Below the pieces are notes generated by a model. That model made no database searches and had not been told where the DNA came from. It was given only the letters and a program-made list of their open reading frames with translations. A DNA stretch of 64,000 nucleotides from Myxococcales bacterium (lineage in GTDB: Bacteria; Myxococcota_A; Polyangia; Polyangiales; Polyangiaceae), in contig JAYTOU010000031.1 in NCBI GenBank assembly GCA_043747615.1, positions 92,153-156,152 of the forward strand, in the 5' to 3' direction. How positions within the stretch are numbered: position 1 is the first letter of the stretch; each line of letters starts with the position of its first letter. Position numbers and translations under genes: made by a program. Below are positions 1-10,485 of this stretch, piece by piece.

Positions 1-339
1 TCCGAAATTTCCGGAGGAATGAAGAAGCGCGCGGCGATCGCCCGGGCCATGGCCCTCGAGCCCGAGCTTCTCTTCCTCGACGAACCGTCGGCCGGTCTCG
101 ACCCGGTAAGCGCAGTCGAGCTCGACGAGCTCATCATTACTCTCAACAAGGTGCTTGGCCTGACCGTGGTCCTCGTGACCCACGAGCTTCCAAGTATCTT
201 CAAGATCGCAAAGCGGTGCATCATGCTCGACAAAGAAAGCAAAAGCATCATTGCCACCGGAGACCCGTGCGAGCTGCGCGACTCCAGCACCGACCAGCGT
301 GTGCATGATTTCTTCAACCGACTCCCGAGGGCTTCCTAA
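1..339 (+). CDS. ABC transporter ATP-binding subunit, MlaF/Mkl type (5' end outside window)
   Basis: Signature ISGGMKKRAAIARA, Walker B LLFLDEPSAGLDP, H-loop VTHEL; directly upstream of an MCE gene. Confidence 0.9.
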   Translation, partial: SEISGGMKKRAAIARAMALEPELLFLDEPSAGLDPVSAVELDELIITLNKVLGLTVVLVTHELPSIFKIAKRCIMLDKESKSIIATGDPCELRDSSTDQRVHDFFNRLPRAS

Positions 340-1322
340 TGTCGACGCCGACCAACCACTGGAAGCTCGGGCTCTTCGTCGTCTCGGGGTTCGTGCTCGC
401 GCTCATCACGATCGTCGTCCTCGGCGCACAGAGCCTGAAAAAGCAAACCGTCAGCTACAAGACGTACTTCGATGAGTCGGTGCAGGGGGTCGAGATCGGC
501 TCGCCCGTGAAGTTCCGCGGCGTCACCGTGGGCAACGTCTCGGGTATCGACGTCGCCGCCGACCACCGCCACGTGGAGATCACCAGCGATCTTGCGGTCA
601 AAGATCTCGACGATCTCGGGCTCGCCGTCGGAGCGGGGAAAAAGGCTCGGATCAGCGTGCCGCCCGACCTCCGCGTGCAGCTCGCGTCGCAAGGAATCAC
701 CGGCGTGAAATTCCTCCAAATCGATTTCTTCGACATCAAGGACAACCCGCCGCCGGCCCTGCCGTTTCCCGTTCCGGACAACTACATTCCGGCCGCCGTC
801 TCCACGATGAAGAACCTAGAGGACGCAGTCGTTCGCGCCGTGAACCGGATGCCGGAGCTCGCCGACGAGATCCTCCGGGTGGTCGTGAAAGTGAGCACGC
901 TGCTCGACGAGGTCTCGAGCAAGAAGCTGCCGGATCAAGTGGCGGTGACGCTGCGCCAGACGAACGCGACGCTGGCCACGCTGCAAACCACGCTCAACGA
1001 CGTCCACGTCGGCAAGCTCTCCGAGCAAGCCCAGACTACGCTCACCAACTTGAACGGGACCATAGACAAGATGAACGCGCTTGTTACACGTCTCGATGGA
1101 GACAAGGGCCTCTTCGCGAGCGCTCAGCGGGCGACGACGGCGGTGGGCGACGTCGCCCAGAATGCGCGTGGTCTCGGGCAAGAGCTGGAGGAGACCTTAC
1201 GCGACATTCAGGAAATGACGCTCGCCGTCGGGCGCATCACCGACGCTCTCGAGCGCGATCCCGACATGCTCCTCAAGGGTCGCGGCAAGGCAACCGCCAC
1301 GGGAAAGGCGGCGGGCAAATGA
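339..1322 (+). CDS. MlaD/MCE-domain protein with helical extension
   Basis: N-terminal TM (KLGLFVV), MCE motif FDESVQGVEIGSPVKFRGVTVGNV, QGITG, long helical C-terminus ending LERDPDMLLKG. Confidence 0.9.
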   Translation: MSTPTNHWKLGLFVVSGFVLALITIVVLGAQSLKKQTVSYKTYFDESVQGVEIGSPVKFRGVTVGNVSGIDVAADHRHVEITSDLAVKDLDDLGLAVGAGKKARISVPPDLRVQLASQGITGVKFLQIDFFDIKDNPPPALPFPVPDNYIPAAVSTMKNLEDAVVRAVNRMPELADEILRVVVKVSTLLDEVSSKKLPDQVAVTLRQTNATLATLQTTLNDVHVGKLSEQAQTTLTNLNGTIDKMNALVTRLDGDKGLFASAQRATTAVGDVAQNARGLGQELEETLRDIQEMTLAVGRITDALERDPDMLLKGRGKATATGKAAGK

Positions 1323-1936
1323 GGCGCCGCACCGGTTCGCTCGTTACCGTGCTGGCGCTCTCGTTGTTCGTGTCAGGCTGCGCCCTGACCTCAAAGAGTG
1401 ACTCCGTCATTCTCCGGTACTTCGCGCTGGATGGTTCGCGAGCGCAGCCGCACCCGGCCCCCGCAGGCCAGACCAAGACCTCCGATCTCCAGCTTCGCCT
1501 CGGACGCGTGAACGCCGCGAGCTATCTCAAGGAGCGCATTGCGTACCGCGACGCCAACGTCGAGGTGGGCTACTACGACGATCTACGCTGGACGGAGAAA
1601 CCCGAGTCCTACCTGCGTCGTGCGCTTGCGCGTGCGTTCTTCGAGGACCACGGGCTCAAGCAGATCGTCTCCGGTTTCGGCCCCACCGTGGAGGTCGAGC
1701 TGAGCGCCTTCGACGAGCTGCGCGGTCCGAAGCCCGGGGTCCGCGTGGAGATGACCTGGCTCCTTCGGGACGAGCAGGTGGTCTCCGTTCAACAGTCTTT
1801 CGTCATCGAGCGCCCGCTCGCGACGACGAAGGGAGAGGCCGCTCCGGCAGACGTCGCTACGGCGCTCTCCGCCGCGCTCGACGAAGGTGTGCAACGCATC
1901 GTCGCCCAGGTGACCACGGCGTTGACCGCGAAATGA
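1319..1936 (+). CDS. ABC-transport auxiliary lipoprotein (PqiC-like)
   Basis: Lipobox VSGC, YLKERIAYR...YYDDLRWTEKP pattern, ATGA overlap with the MCE gene. Confidence 0.8.
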   Translation: MRRRTGSLVTVLALSLFVSGCALTSKSDSVILRYFALDGSRAQPHPAPAGQTKTSDLQLRLGRVNAASYLKERIAYRDANVEVGYYDDLRWTEKPESYLRRALARAFFEDHGLKQIVSGFGPTVEVELSAFDELRGPKPGVRVEMTWLLRDEQVVSVQQSFVIERPLATTKGEAAPADVATALSAALDEGVQRIVAQVTTALTAK

Positions 1937-3489
1937 GCCGCAGAATGAAGGCGCTCCCTGCTGCGCTAGCGTGTGCGTTCGTGCTGGCCCCCAAAGGCGC
2001 GCGCGCTCAGGGCAACTACCACTCGACGCCGAACGGTGGTCGCTCGGCGCTCATGGGAAACACCGGTGAAGCGCTTGGCCGAGACGGAGCTTCGCCCTTC
2101 ATGAACCCGGCGACCATTGTGCGGATCCACGACACGTCGTTCGCTTTCTCGATGAATTTTTATTCGTTCACGTCCACACACCTGAGCGCGTATCACCAGT
2201 CAGGCCCCGTTGACGCCGGGAGATTTCCGGGTGTTGCACCGCAGGACACCTCGGTGACGGACAACCAGATCACCGTGATCCCGACGACGCTTTGCCTCTT
2301 CGTCAACGTCTCCGGCTTGAGCGGAGACGATCCCGAGGAAGGAGTCGCCGACACCTCGACCCGCGTCGGGCGACAGAAGCTCGCCCTTTGCCTGGGGAAC
2401 GTAGAGCGTCGAGAGACGCTTCTGCCCGCCTTGAATTACCGAACGACGACTCCGGGCGGAGCCTCGCAGCAAGCCGGGTCGCTCACGGGTAAATGGTTTC
2501 GCTGGCGCTTCGGTCCGTCCTACGCAGGGTACATCACGAAGGAGCTCACCATTGGCCTGTCGCTCCACGGTGTGTACAGCCACTACGGCTACCACACCGA
2601 CAACACCACGGTGACCAGCGGTGGTCCAGGGGGCGGAATCCTCTCGAGCGTGGGATCGAACGGGGCGGGCACTGCGATCGACCTCGATCCTATTCTCGGC
2701 GTCACCTACAAGCTGAAGGATCGCTACACGTTCGGGGCAAGCGTGCAGACGCCTTCGGCCCACGTGGTCGGCTCCTTCGACGGCAACCTCCACGAGGTGT
2801 ACGGAGGCACGGCCCTCGACAACTCCGTGCTCACCACGGGCACCGGAGATTTCTTTGCGCCCACGCCGGCGCGTCTCTCCGCAGGCATCGGCGTGAAGGT
2901 GGCGAGCAGCTTGAAAGTCGAGGTGGACGGCTCGTACTACTTTCCGATGAGCTCGGCGATGCGCTCATCGCTTCAAGGGAACACCGTCACCCTCAACGGC
3001 GTGAATGCAACGTCGACGCCGTTCGACGCGACGTACGCGGTCCGGTCGCGGCCCACGGTCAACCTCGGGGTCGGAGCAGAATATTTCTTCTCTCCGAGGT
3101 TCAGCGTACTCGGCGGAGCCGGGGTCGATTTCAGCGCCACGCCCGCCCTCGACACCACGAATTTCCTCGGTGCATTCTACAAGGAACGAACCAATCGCGT
3201 CGTCGGCTCGCTGGGCGTAGGGTCGTTTCGCAACGGCGAGGACTTTCTGGTGGGAACCCAGGTCACGTACGGTTGGGGCGATGCGCTCGCCTTGAACCCG
3301 TACGTGCTGCCGAATGCGTATTCGACCGTTCACCTCCAGCAAATTGGGGCAACGGTCATCTTCGCTGGCTCCACGAACTTCGCCGCGATCAAGCGCGCCT
3401 TGAAGAACGTCGAAAAGCTCGTGAAGCCTGCTGCTACCCCTGCTGCTACGCCTCCCGCTGCTACGCCTAATCCCGCTCCGCCAAACTAA
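1933..3489 (+). CDS. Outer-membrane beta-barrel protein, FadL/OmpP1-like
   Basis: Signal peptide (ARA-Q), GGRSALMGNTGEA...NPA N-terminal motif resembling FadL-like hatch domains, amphipathic beta strands. Confidence 0.6.
   Translation: MSRRMKALPAALACAFVLAPKGARAQGNYHSTPNGGRSALMGNTGEALGRDGASPFMNPATIVRIHDTSFAFSMNFYSFTSTHLSAYHQSGPVDAGRFPGVAPQDTSVTDNQITVIPTTLCLFVNVSGLSGDDPEEGVADTSTRVGRQKLALCLGNVERRETLLPALNYRTTTPGGASQQAGSLTGKWFRWRFGPSYAGYITKELTIGLSLHGVYSHYGYHTDNTTVTSGGPGGGILSSVGSNGAGTAIDLDPILGVTYKLKDRYTFGASVQTPSAHVVGSFDGNLHEVYGGTALDNSVLTTGTGDFFAPTPARLSAGIGVKVASSLKVEVDGSYYFPMSSAMRSSLQGNTVTLNGVNATSTPFDATYAVRSRPTVNLGVGAEYFFSPRFSVLGGAGVDFSATPALDTTNFLGAFYKERTNRVVGSLGVGSFRNGEDFLVGTQVTYGWGDALALNPYVLPNAYSTVHLQQIGATVIFAGSTNFAAIKRALKNVEKLVKPAATPAATPPAATPNPAPPN
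3427..3483 (+). repeat. Short degenerate tandem repeat (cctgctgctac) encoding PAATPAATPPAATPNPAPP
   Basis: Three copies of gctgctac at 12-15 nt spacing, seen directly. Confidence 0.8.
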
Positions 3490-3508
3490 GCGAAGCGGTG
3501 AGCGCCGC

Positions 3509-4444
3509 TCAGTGGAAGCACGCCGCGGCGTCGGCGCACGATGAGCCAGCGTCGACGACCGGCGGAACGACCGCAGCATCCGGCGTGGAGCCCGCGTCGG
3601 GCGGAGCGACCGTGCCGCCATCGGACTGCAACCCGGCGTCGTCGGCCGGCGTACCTGCGTCGGAGGCTGCGCCTGCGTCTTCGGATGTTCCTCCGCCCGA
3701 CGCGCAGACAGGAAGCGAAACGGCGTTGGTGTCCATGGTGACCGCGCCTGTGCGCGCCAGGGTTCGCCCGGAGACCTTGGCGCCGGTGGTGAGCGTGATG
3801 CTCGCGAGAGCGAGGATGCTTCCCGTGAACACGGTGCCCGTTCCAAGGGTGGCCGAGCTCCCGACCTGCCAAAAGACGCCGCAATCGTTTCCGCCGTTGA
3901 TCACGCGAACCGACGCGTTGCTCGCGCTGGTCAGGGTGCTTCCGGTTTTGAAAACGAAGACTGCATCGGCGCGGCCGCCGGCGTCGAGCACGAGGTCGCC
4001 CGTCAGCTGGGCGGAGGACGCGAAGCAGTAGACGCCGGGGGTGAGGGTGAGTCCGCCGAGATCGCGTCCGCTGAGATCGACGGTGCACGTCTCGGAGCCG
4101 AGGGCATCGTAGGCGGTGACCGCGTCTCTCTGAGCGGCCAAGGCGGCGGCATCACCGGCGTGGATCGATCCGATCACGAGCCCCGGCGGGAATCCAGTGA
4201 TCGCGAGGCCGGGGCTGACCCCGAGGTTTCCTTTGACGATCGTCGACCCGGTATTGGTCACCGTCGAGCCGCCGAGAACCGCGAAGCCGCCCACCGCACC
4301 GAGCACCGGAGCCGACGCCCCCAGTGCCGCGGGCAATGAACGGCCGCCCTCCGAGGTCACGGGCGCGCTGCACGCGGACGCTCCGATGACCAGGGACGTG
4401 AAGAGAGGAAGAGACAGAGCGGCGAGGATGCTGCGGGAGTTCAT
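3509..4444 (-). CDS. DUF3494 ice-binding-like lipoprotein 1
   Basis: FAVLGGSTVTNTGSTIVKGNLGVSPG, LTPGVYCF, VFWQVGSSATLG, FTGSILA...GRTLARTGAVT; start moved to MNSRS at 4444; lipobox-like ASAC; C-terminal DAG-rich linker. Confidence 0.9.
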   Translation of the reverse strand: MNSRSILAALSLPLFTSLVIGASACSAPVTSEGGRSLPAALGASAPVLGAVGGFAVLGGSTVTNTGSTIVKGNLGVSPGLAITGFPPGLVIGSIHAGDAAALAAQRDAVTAYDALGSETCTVDLSGRDLGGLTLTPGVYCFASSAQLTGDLVLDAGGRADAVFVFKTGSTLTSASNASVRVINGGNDCGVFWQVGSSATLGTGTVFTGSILALASITLTTGAKVSGRTLARTGAVTMDTNAVSLPVCASGGGTSEDAGAASDAGTPADDAGLQSDGGTVAPPDAGSTPDAAVVPPVVDAGSSCADAAACFH

Positions 4445-4757
4445 AGGGGATCCTTTGGGGGCGGTTCGCGTGGTGTCATTGGCCCTACTGCACAAACGAG
4501 CCCGCGGTGAAATGCCGGGATAATGGCCGTTTCGCGCGTTGTCGCCGACGCACGACCGCCTCATCACGCGAAACGTGCGCACACGAGCGCCACACGCCTC
4601 CACGTGGATTCCGCGATCGCGAGGTCAGCGCGACCTCACAAAGCGAGGCGCTTGCGCGTCAACGTGGCGCTTTGCACCGCTTCGATTTTCGTCGACGAAT
4701 CATTCCGCCCTTTCTTGAGGTAGAGATCGCGGCTCGGTTGGTGCAAGTCATCCGTTC

Positions 4758-5711
4758 ATGACATCCACTAGATTCTCCTCGTTCACACTCGCCCGTTGCC
4801 TCATCGCCGTTCCCTTAGCTGCGCTTCTCGCAGTCGCGTGTGACGACACGACGGCGACCTCGGGCAACGACGGCGGCGCGCCTGGTTCGGAAGGCGGCGT
4901 AGGAACGGACAGCGGCGTCGGCTCCGACGGAGGCGCGGGCTCCGACGGCAGCGCACGCACGGATGCGAGCTCCGACAGCGGGCGCGATGGCAGTGGCGAC
5001 GGCGGCGACGCCGGGCCGTACACTGGACCGAGCGTGGGCACCGCAAAAACCTTCGCCGCGCTCGCCTACAGCGGCATCACCTCGGCCAACATCTCGACCA
5101 TCGGCGGCGAGCTCGGGGTGAGCGCCGGGGCCGTTTCCACGATCACGGGCTTCGATTTGGCGGCCTACACCAAGTACGGTAACGACTCGCTCGCGCCGTA
5201 CACCATGCGCACGCTCCTCGCGCAGCAAGATGTCACCGCTCTCGTCGGAAACATCAATCCGCGCGCATGCGACAACGACCTGACGAACGTCGTCGGCGGC
5301 CTCACTGGCGACATCACGCTCTACCCGGGCGTCACGTGCATGAACAGCTTCAGCGCCGACGTCCTCGTGAACGGGCATGTCTACCTCGACGCGCGCGGTA
5401 ACTCGAACGCGTTCTTCATCATCAGGGGCAACCTCACGCTCACGGTTGCCGACGGCGCCCAGGTGGTCCTCACGAACGGCGCCGAAGCGTGCGGCGTGTT
5501 CTGGCGGATCAGCAAGCAGGTCACGATCGGCAAGACCGTCCAGTTCTACGGCACGGTCATCTCGGGCACGGCGATCACCATGAACACCGGTTCCACGCTC
5601 GTTGGCCGCGCTCTCGCTCAGACTGCCGGCGCACACTTCGACGCCAACTCGATCAACATCCCTACCGACGGCCTCGTCGGATCACCGAGCGTCTGCACTC
5701 ACGTCCAGTGA
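4758..5711 (+). CDS. DUF3494 ice-binding-like lipoprotein 2
   Basis: Lipobox AVAC, DGG-rich linker, FAALAYSGIT, LYPGV, LDARGNSNAFFII, VFWRI, GRALAQ. Confidence 0.85.
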   Translation: MTSTRFSSFTLARCLIAVPLAALLAVACDDTTATSGNDGGAPGSEGGVGTDSGVGSDGGAGSDGSARTDASSDSGRDGSGDGGDAGPYTGPSVGTAKTFAALAYSGITSANISTIGGELGVSAGAVSTITGFDLAAYTKYGNDSLAPYTMRTLLAQQDVTALVGNINPRACDNDLTNVVGGLTGDITLYPGVTCMNSFSADVLVNGHVYLDARGNSNAFFIIRGNLTLTVADGAQVVLTNGAEACGVFWRISKQVTIGKTVQFYGTVISGTAITMNTGSTLVGRALAQTAGAHFDANSINIPTDGLVGSPSVCTHVQ

Positions 5712-5748
5712 GGTGAACGCTGCGGCCGGGAGTGCTACGCTCGGTCGC

Positions 5749-5940
5749 ATGACAAACCAAGGGGACGGTAACGACGCAGACAAGAGCGGCGCGGCGGCAG
5801 ATGACGATCCCGATGGAGTCGGTCTCACCATCCCCGTGCCGAGCATGGTGAAACCGTGGAACCCGCCGAAGCCGAAGGTACCACCCAAGACCGCTCCCCC
5901 GGACGACGCGAAAACATCGGACGACTCCCCGGACACCTGA
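5749..5940 (+). CDS. Small acidic/Pro-rich hypothetical protein
   Basis: ATG-started ORF filling the gap with high-GC codon style; no motif. Confidence 0.35.
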   Translation: MTNQGDGNDADKSGAAADDDPDGVGLTIPVPSMVKPWNPPKPKVPPKTAPPDDAKTSDDSPDT

Positions 5941-6026
5941 GCGCAGACTCGGCCGCGTCGCTCCGACTCCCTGCAAGCGGACGCTCGTCTGCTATGCGAG
6001 ACGTGTAACGCGGCAAATTACGCCCG

Positions 6027-6064
6027 TTGACCGATTGTGTCTCTTATAGTAGACATATATCTAC
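6027..6064 (+). promoter_or_regulatory. Candidate promoter/operator of the sulfate operon
   Basis: TTGACC at 6027, AT-rich patch, near-perfect palindrome GTAGACATATATCTAC at 6049-6064. Confidence 0.5.
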
Positions 6065-6068
6065 CGTT

Positions 6069-7679
6069 GTGAATCGAGCTCTTCCGAGTGCAGTTGCGTT
6101 GTCTTTGCTGAGCGCCGGAGCCTCGACCGCGGTCGAAGCGAGAGCGGACGAAGCGGCTAGTGCACGGGAAGGAGTGCCGGTGACCGCGGCGGCCGAGGAC
6201 GCAGAGCCGTCGCTCGCTGGATGGCGCGATGGCCTCTTCTATCTGCGCGACCGCGAAGATTACTTCCGCCTGTACGTGCAGGGTCGCGTGCACGTGGACT
6301 CGCTCTCGTACTTCGGCCCCGGGCTTCGCAATCTTCCGGCCGACCAGGCGCTGAAGAGCACGTTCTTCCTCCGCCGCGCACGCCTCGAGCTTTCCGGCGA
6401 GCTCATGCAAAATAGATTTCAGTGGGCGCTCGCTGGCGAGTTCGGGCCCACCAGCACGGACAACGTTGGCGGACGCAGCTCGGCCCAGGACTGCTCGGTG
6501 GATCCGACCACGGGAGGGCAGACCTGCTCGGCGCGCGCCGGCACGATCGAAGCTCCGCTCCAGAAGACAATCATCACCGACGCGTTCATCAACTACGCGC
6601 CGAGCCGCTGGCTAAACATCCAGGCGGGGCAATATCTCATCCCGATCAGCCTTGAAAATAGGGTCAGCGACAACAGCACCCCGTTTCTGGAGCGCTCCGT
6701 GCCCGTCCGTCTGCTCGCCGCTCCGAACACGAGAGACATCGGCGTGATGCTGTGGGGCGAGGCGCCAAAGACCACGTTCTACTATAGCGTCGGCGTCTTC
6801 AACGGCGATGGACCGAACCGCCTCAACGCCGACTCACGATACGACGGCATCGGGCGCGTCTTCGCCCGCCCGTTCGCCGGCAGGCCGCGATCTCTCCTTC
6901 GCGACGCGCAGATTGGCGTTTCTGGCCGCTACGGATCGCGCGACAGGGCGTACGTCGGCTACGACTTGCCCTCTCTCTCCACGCAGGGAGGCTACGTGTT
7001 CTGGAGGCCAACCTACAAAGACTCGACCGACCGTATTACCCACATCTTGCCGAGTGGGGATCAGGGCGCCGTAGCCGCAGAGCTCTTTCTTCCGACCTCG
7101 AATTTCGAGTTGACCGCGGAGATCGTCTACACGCGCAGCAACACGCGGGAAGCCATCGACGGTTACCAGCTCTCCGGCTTCACCGAGCGCTTCGGCGTAT
7201 TCAAGGGCTACGGCTACTACGTCGCGGGGAGCTTTTGGCTGGTGGGCAATCGTTCGATCACGGGATTTCCCCCGTACAGCAAGCCGAATCACATCGATCT
7301 CAAGAAGCCGTCGAGCCCGCCCCGACAAGGCCTGCAGCTCCTCGCCAAGGTCGAGCAGTTGAGCCTCACGTACCAGAGCGCGTCACGTGGTGGCACCGCC
7401 GACAAGCGCTCTCCGGATGGCGACGTCTCCATGACGACCTTCACGATCGGCGCGACGTACTGGGCCTCGAAGCATTTCCGTCTCTCCGTGAACTACGTCT
7501 ACGACTTGTTTCCGGGGAGCACGCCAGTTTCGGCGAGCGTGAAGGGAGGCGCCGAGCAGACGGCTGATCAGCGCGCGCTCGCTCCCGCGCAGAACCTCGC
7601 CAAGGGCTCCAACGACGGCGCGCGCGACGGGGGTCACCATCTCCACGAGCTTCAGTTTCGGCTAGGGGTGCAGTTTTGA
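6069..7679 (+). CDS. Anion-selective porin, OprO/OprP family
   Basis: Signal peptide, [39 protein letters not shown], terminal F; start uncertain (6027 or 6069). Confidence 0.8.
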   Translation: MNRALPSAVALSLLSAGASTAVEARADEAASAREGVPVTAAAEDAEPSLAGWRDGLFYLRDREDYFRLYVQGRVHVDSLSYFGPGLRNLPADQALKSTFFLRRARLELSGELMQNRFQWALAGEFGPTSTDNVGGRSSAQDCSVDPTTGGQTCSARAGTIEAPLQKTIITDAFINYAPSRWLNIQAGQYLIPISLENRVSDNSTPFLERSVPVRLLAAPNTRDIGVMLWGEAPKTTFYYSVGVFNGDGPNRLNADSRYDGIGRVFARPFAGRPRSLLRDAQIGVSGRYGSRDRAYVGYDLPSLSTQGGYVFWRPTYKDSTDRITHILPSGDQGAVAAELFLPTSNFELTAEIVYTRSNTREAIDGYQLSGFTERFGVFKGYGYYVAGSFWLVGNRSITGFPPYSKPNHIDLKKPSSPPRQGLQLLAKVEQLSLTYQSASRGGTADKRSPDGDVSMTTFTIGATYWASKHFRLSVNYVYDLFPGSTPVSASVKGGAEQTADQRALAPAQNLAKGSNDGARDGGHHLHELQFRLGVQF

Positions 7680-8752
7680 AGCGTCGAATGAAATGCCTTT
7701 TTTTGTGGGTCGCAGCGCTTGTCTTGGCGACTGTCGCCTGCGAGAAAAAAGAAGCAACGCCGGGCGCCGAAGTGACTCTCCTCAACGTCTCTTACGATCC
7801 GACGCGTGAGCTCTACGCCGACTTCAACATTGCGTTCGCCAAATCTTGGAAGGCCACGAGCGGACAAAACGTGAAGGTCTCTCAATCGCACGGCGGCTCG
7901 AGCAAGCAGGCGCGGGCGGTGATCGATGGGTTGGACGCGGACGTCGTCAGCCTCGGTCTCGCGTACGACATCGATTCGATCGCCGACAAGAGCAAGCTGC
8001 TCTCGCCCGACTGGCAGAAGCGCCTCCCGAACAACAGCTCGCCGTACGTTTCGACGATCGTCTTTCTCGTCCGCAAGGGGAACCCGAAGGGGATCAAAAA
8101 CTGGGATGACCTCGTGAAACCGGGCGTCACGGTGATCACCCCCAACCCAAAGACCTCGGGCAGCGCACGATGGAACTACCTCGGCGCCTGGGGATTCGCC
8201 TTGAATCGCGAGCTCGGCGATCTTTCGAAGATGCGTGACCCGGCGCAGGCGGAGGCGGTACGCGCGGCAGAAGCGAAAGCTCAGGCCTTCGTGACGGCGC
8301 TCTACAAGAACGTTCCGGTCCTCGACTCCGGCGCGCGAGGGTCCACCACCACCTTCGTCAATCGCGGAACGGGCGACGTGCTCATCAACTGGGAGAACGA
8401 GATCCTGCTCGCAGCCAAAGAGCTCGGCGCCGACAAGTTCGAGGTGGTCGTTCCCCCGATCACGATCCTCGCGGAGCCCACCGTAAGCGTCGTCGACAAG
8501 AACGCAGAAAAACACGGGACCACCAAGGTTGCCGCGGCCTATCTCGAATACCTCTATTCCGAAGAGGGGCAGGAGATTGCCGTCAAACACTACTTCCGTC
8601 CGCAGCTCGCGTCCGTCATGGCGAAGCATGCCAGCGAGTTTCCGAAGACGGAGCTTTTCACCGTCGATCAGATCGTGGGGGACTGGAGAAAGACGCAGAA
8701 GGTACACTTCGACGATGGCGGGTTGTTCGACCAGATGTACAAGCCGAGGTGA
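7676..8752 (+). CDS. sbp: Sulfate ABC transporter substrate-binding lipoprotein
   Basis: [59 protein letters not shown]. Confidence 0.95.
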   Translation: MKRRMKCLFLWVAALVLATVACEKKEATPGAEVTLLNVSYDPTRELYADFNIAFAKSWKATSGQNVKVSQSHGGSSKQARAVIDGLDADVVSLGLAYDIDSIADKSKLLSPDWQKRLPNNSSPYVSTIVFLVRKGNPKGIKNWDDLVKPGVTVITPNPKTSGSARWNYLGAWGFALNRELGDLSKMRDPAQAEAVRAAEAKAQAFVTALYKNVPVLDSGARGSTTTFVNRGTGDVLINWENEILLAAKELGADKFEVVVPPITILAEPTVSVVDKNAEKHGTTKVAAAYLEYLYSEEGQEIAVKHYFRPQLASVMAKHASEFPKTELFTVDQIVGDWRKTQKVHFDDGGLFDQMYKPR

Positions 8753-8758
8753 GCGCGG

Positions 8759-9610
8759 GTGAAGCGTTCCCAGCGTCTGAGCGGATTGAGGCTGAGAACC
8801 CGCGGCGTTCTTCCCGGCTTCGGACTGACCCTGGGCTACAGCCTCGTCTACCTCGGCTTGCTCGTGCTCGTGCCTTTGGCGGCGCTGCTCTTGAAGGCGA
8901 GCACGATCAACGGCTCGGTACTCTGGCAGACCATCACCGATGACCGAGCCATCGCGGCCTACAAACTAAGCTTCGGTGCATCGGCGGCCGGCGCGCTCTT
9001 GAACGCAGGATTCGGGCTCCTCGTGGCCTGGGTCCTCGTGCGCTATCCGTTCCCCGGAAAAAAGATCGTCGACGCTCTCATCGATCTCCCATTCGCCCTC
9101 CCCACGGCGGTCACGGGGATCGCGATGACCACCGCGTATGCCGAGAACGGCTTGGTGGGGTCCTCCCTCGCGCGCGCGCACATCAAGGTCGTGTTCACGC
9201 CGATTGGCGTCGTCCTGGTGCTCATGTTCGTCGGGCTACCGTTCGTCGTGCGGACGATTCAACCGGTTCTCGAAGAGCTCGATCCCGATCTCGAAGAGGC
9301 AGCCGCCGTCCTCGGTGCGACGCGATGGCAGACCTTCCGCCGGGTCATACTCCCCGCGCTACTGCCCGCAGTTCTCACTGGATTCGCGCTGTCGTTTGCG
9401 CGCGCGCTCGGCGAGTACGGCTCGGTGGTCTTCATCTCGGGCAACATGCCGATGCGGACGGAGATCGTGCCCCTGCTCATCATGACCAAGCTCGATCAAT
9501 ACGACTACGCGGGCGCAACGGCGCTCGCCTCGGTGATGCTCGTGACTTCCTTCGCGCTTCTCCTCATGATCAATGCGCTTCAGCGCTGGTCACGGCGAGC
9601 ACTCGCATGA
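8759..9610 (+). CDS. cysT: Sulfate ABC transporter permease CysT
   Basis: LPGFGLTLG, DLPFALPTAV, LPFVVRTIQPVL, EEAA loop, GEYGSVVFISGN. Confidence 0.95.
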   Translation: MKRSQRLSGLRLRTRGVLPGFGLTLGYSLVYLGLLVLVPLAALLLKASTINGSVLWQTITDDRAIAAYKLSFGASAAGALLNAGFGLLVAWVLVRYPFPGKKIVDALIDLPFALPTAVTGIAMTTAYAENGLVGSSLARAHIKVVFTPIGVVLVLMFVGLPFVVRTIQPVLEELDPDLEEAAAVLGATRWQTFRRVILPALLPAVLTGFALSFARALGEYGSVVFISGNMPMRTEIVPLLIMTKLDQYDYAGATALASVMLVTSFALLLMINALQRWSRRALA

Positions 9611-10485
9611 GCGGAGCCCTTCCGCGTGTTCGCTCCCACGCCAGTCGCCGCCACCGAGGTGCAGCGTCGGAGACCCCGCTCGTGCAATGGGGACTTACGG
9701 TGATTGCCCTTCTGTTCCTGGGGCTCTTTCTCCTCGTGCCCCTTGCGATCGTGTTCTCGTCCGCGTTCGACAAAGGGCCGGCTTCCTACATCAAAGCCAT
9801 CCTCGAGGACGATGCGCTCGCGGCGACGCGCCTTAGTCTCCTCACCGCCGGGATCTCGGTTCCCCTCAATACCGCGTTCGGGATCGCGGCCGCGTGGCTC
9901 ATCGCGAAGTACGAGTTCCGGGGAAAGAGCGTACTCCTCACGCTCATCGATCTGCCCTTCAGTGTTTCCCCGGTGATCTCTGGACTGATCTTCGTGCTCC
10001 TCTTCGGCGCGCAGGGGTGGCTTGGCCCGTGGCTCACTGCGCACGACATCAAAATCATCTTCGCGGTGCCGGGCATCGTCCTCGCGACGACGTTCGTCAC
10101 CTTCCCGCTCGTCGCGCGTGAAACGCTCGCCGTGATGCAGGCGCAGGGGAGCGACGAAGAAGAAGCGGCGCTCACGCTTGGTGCGAGCGGGTGGCAAATC
10201 CTGATGCGGATCACGCTCCCCAAGGTGCGCTGGGGCCTCGCCTACGGAGTGATTCTCTGCAACGCCCGCGCGATGGGGGAATTCGGCGCGGTCTCCGTCG
10301 TCTCCGGACACATCCGCGGTCAGACCAACACCATGCCGCTCCACGTCGAGATTCTATACAACGAGTACGCTTTCGTAGACGCCTTCGCCGTGGCCTCGCT
10401 TCTCACGCTGCTTGCGCTCACGACCATCGCCGTGAAGACGGCGCTCGAGTGGTTCGCGGATGGCCGCGGAGTCGAGTCGTCATGA
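9607..10485 (+). CDS. cysW: Sulfate ABC transporter permease CysW
   Basis: DLPFSVSPVISG, QGSDEEEAALTLGA, NARAMGEFGAVSVVSGHIRG; ATGA-coupled start at 9607. Confidence 0.95.
   Translation: MSGALPRVRSHASRRHRGAASETPLVQWGLTVIALLFLGLFLLVPLAIVFSSAFDKGPASYIKAILEDDALAATRLSLLTAGISVPLNTAFGIAAAWLIAKYEFRGKSVLLTLIDLPFSVSPVISGLIFVLLFGAQGWLGPWLTAHDIKIIFAVPGIVLATTFVTFPLVARETLAVMQAQGSDEEEAALTLGASGWQILMRITLPKVRWGLAYGVILCNARAMGEFGAVSVVSGHIRGQTNTMPLHVEILYNEYAFVDAFAVASLLTLLALTTIAVKTALEWFADGRGVESS

Noticed and set aside
6027..6064. TTGACC/TAGACA upstream of the porin as a CarH site
   Set aside because: Spacing is 23 nt rather than a multiple of 11, and the palindrome explains it better.
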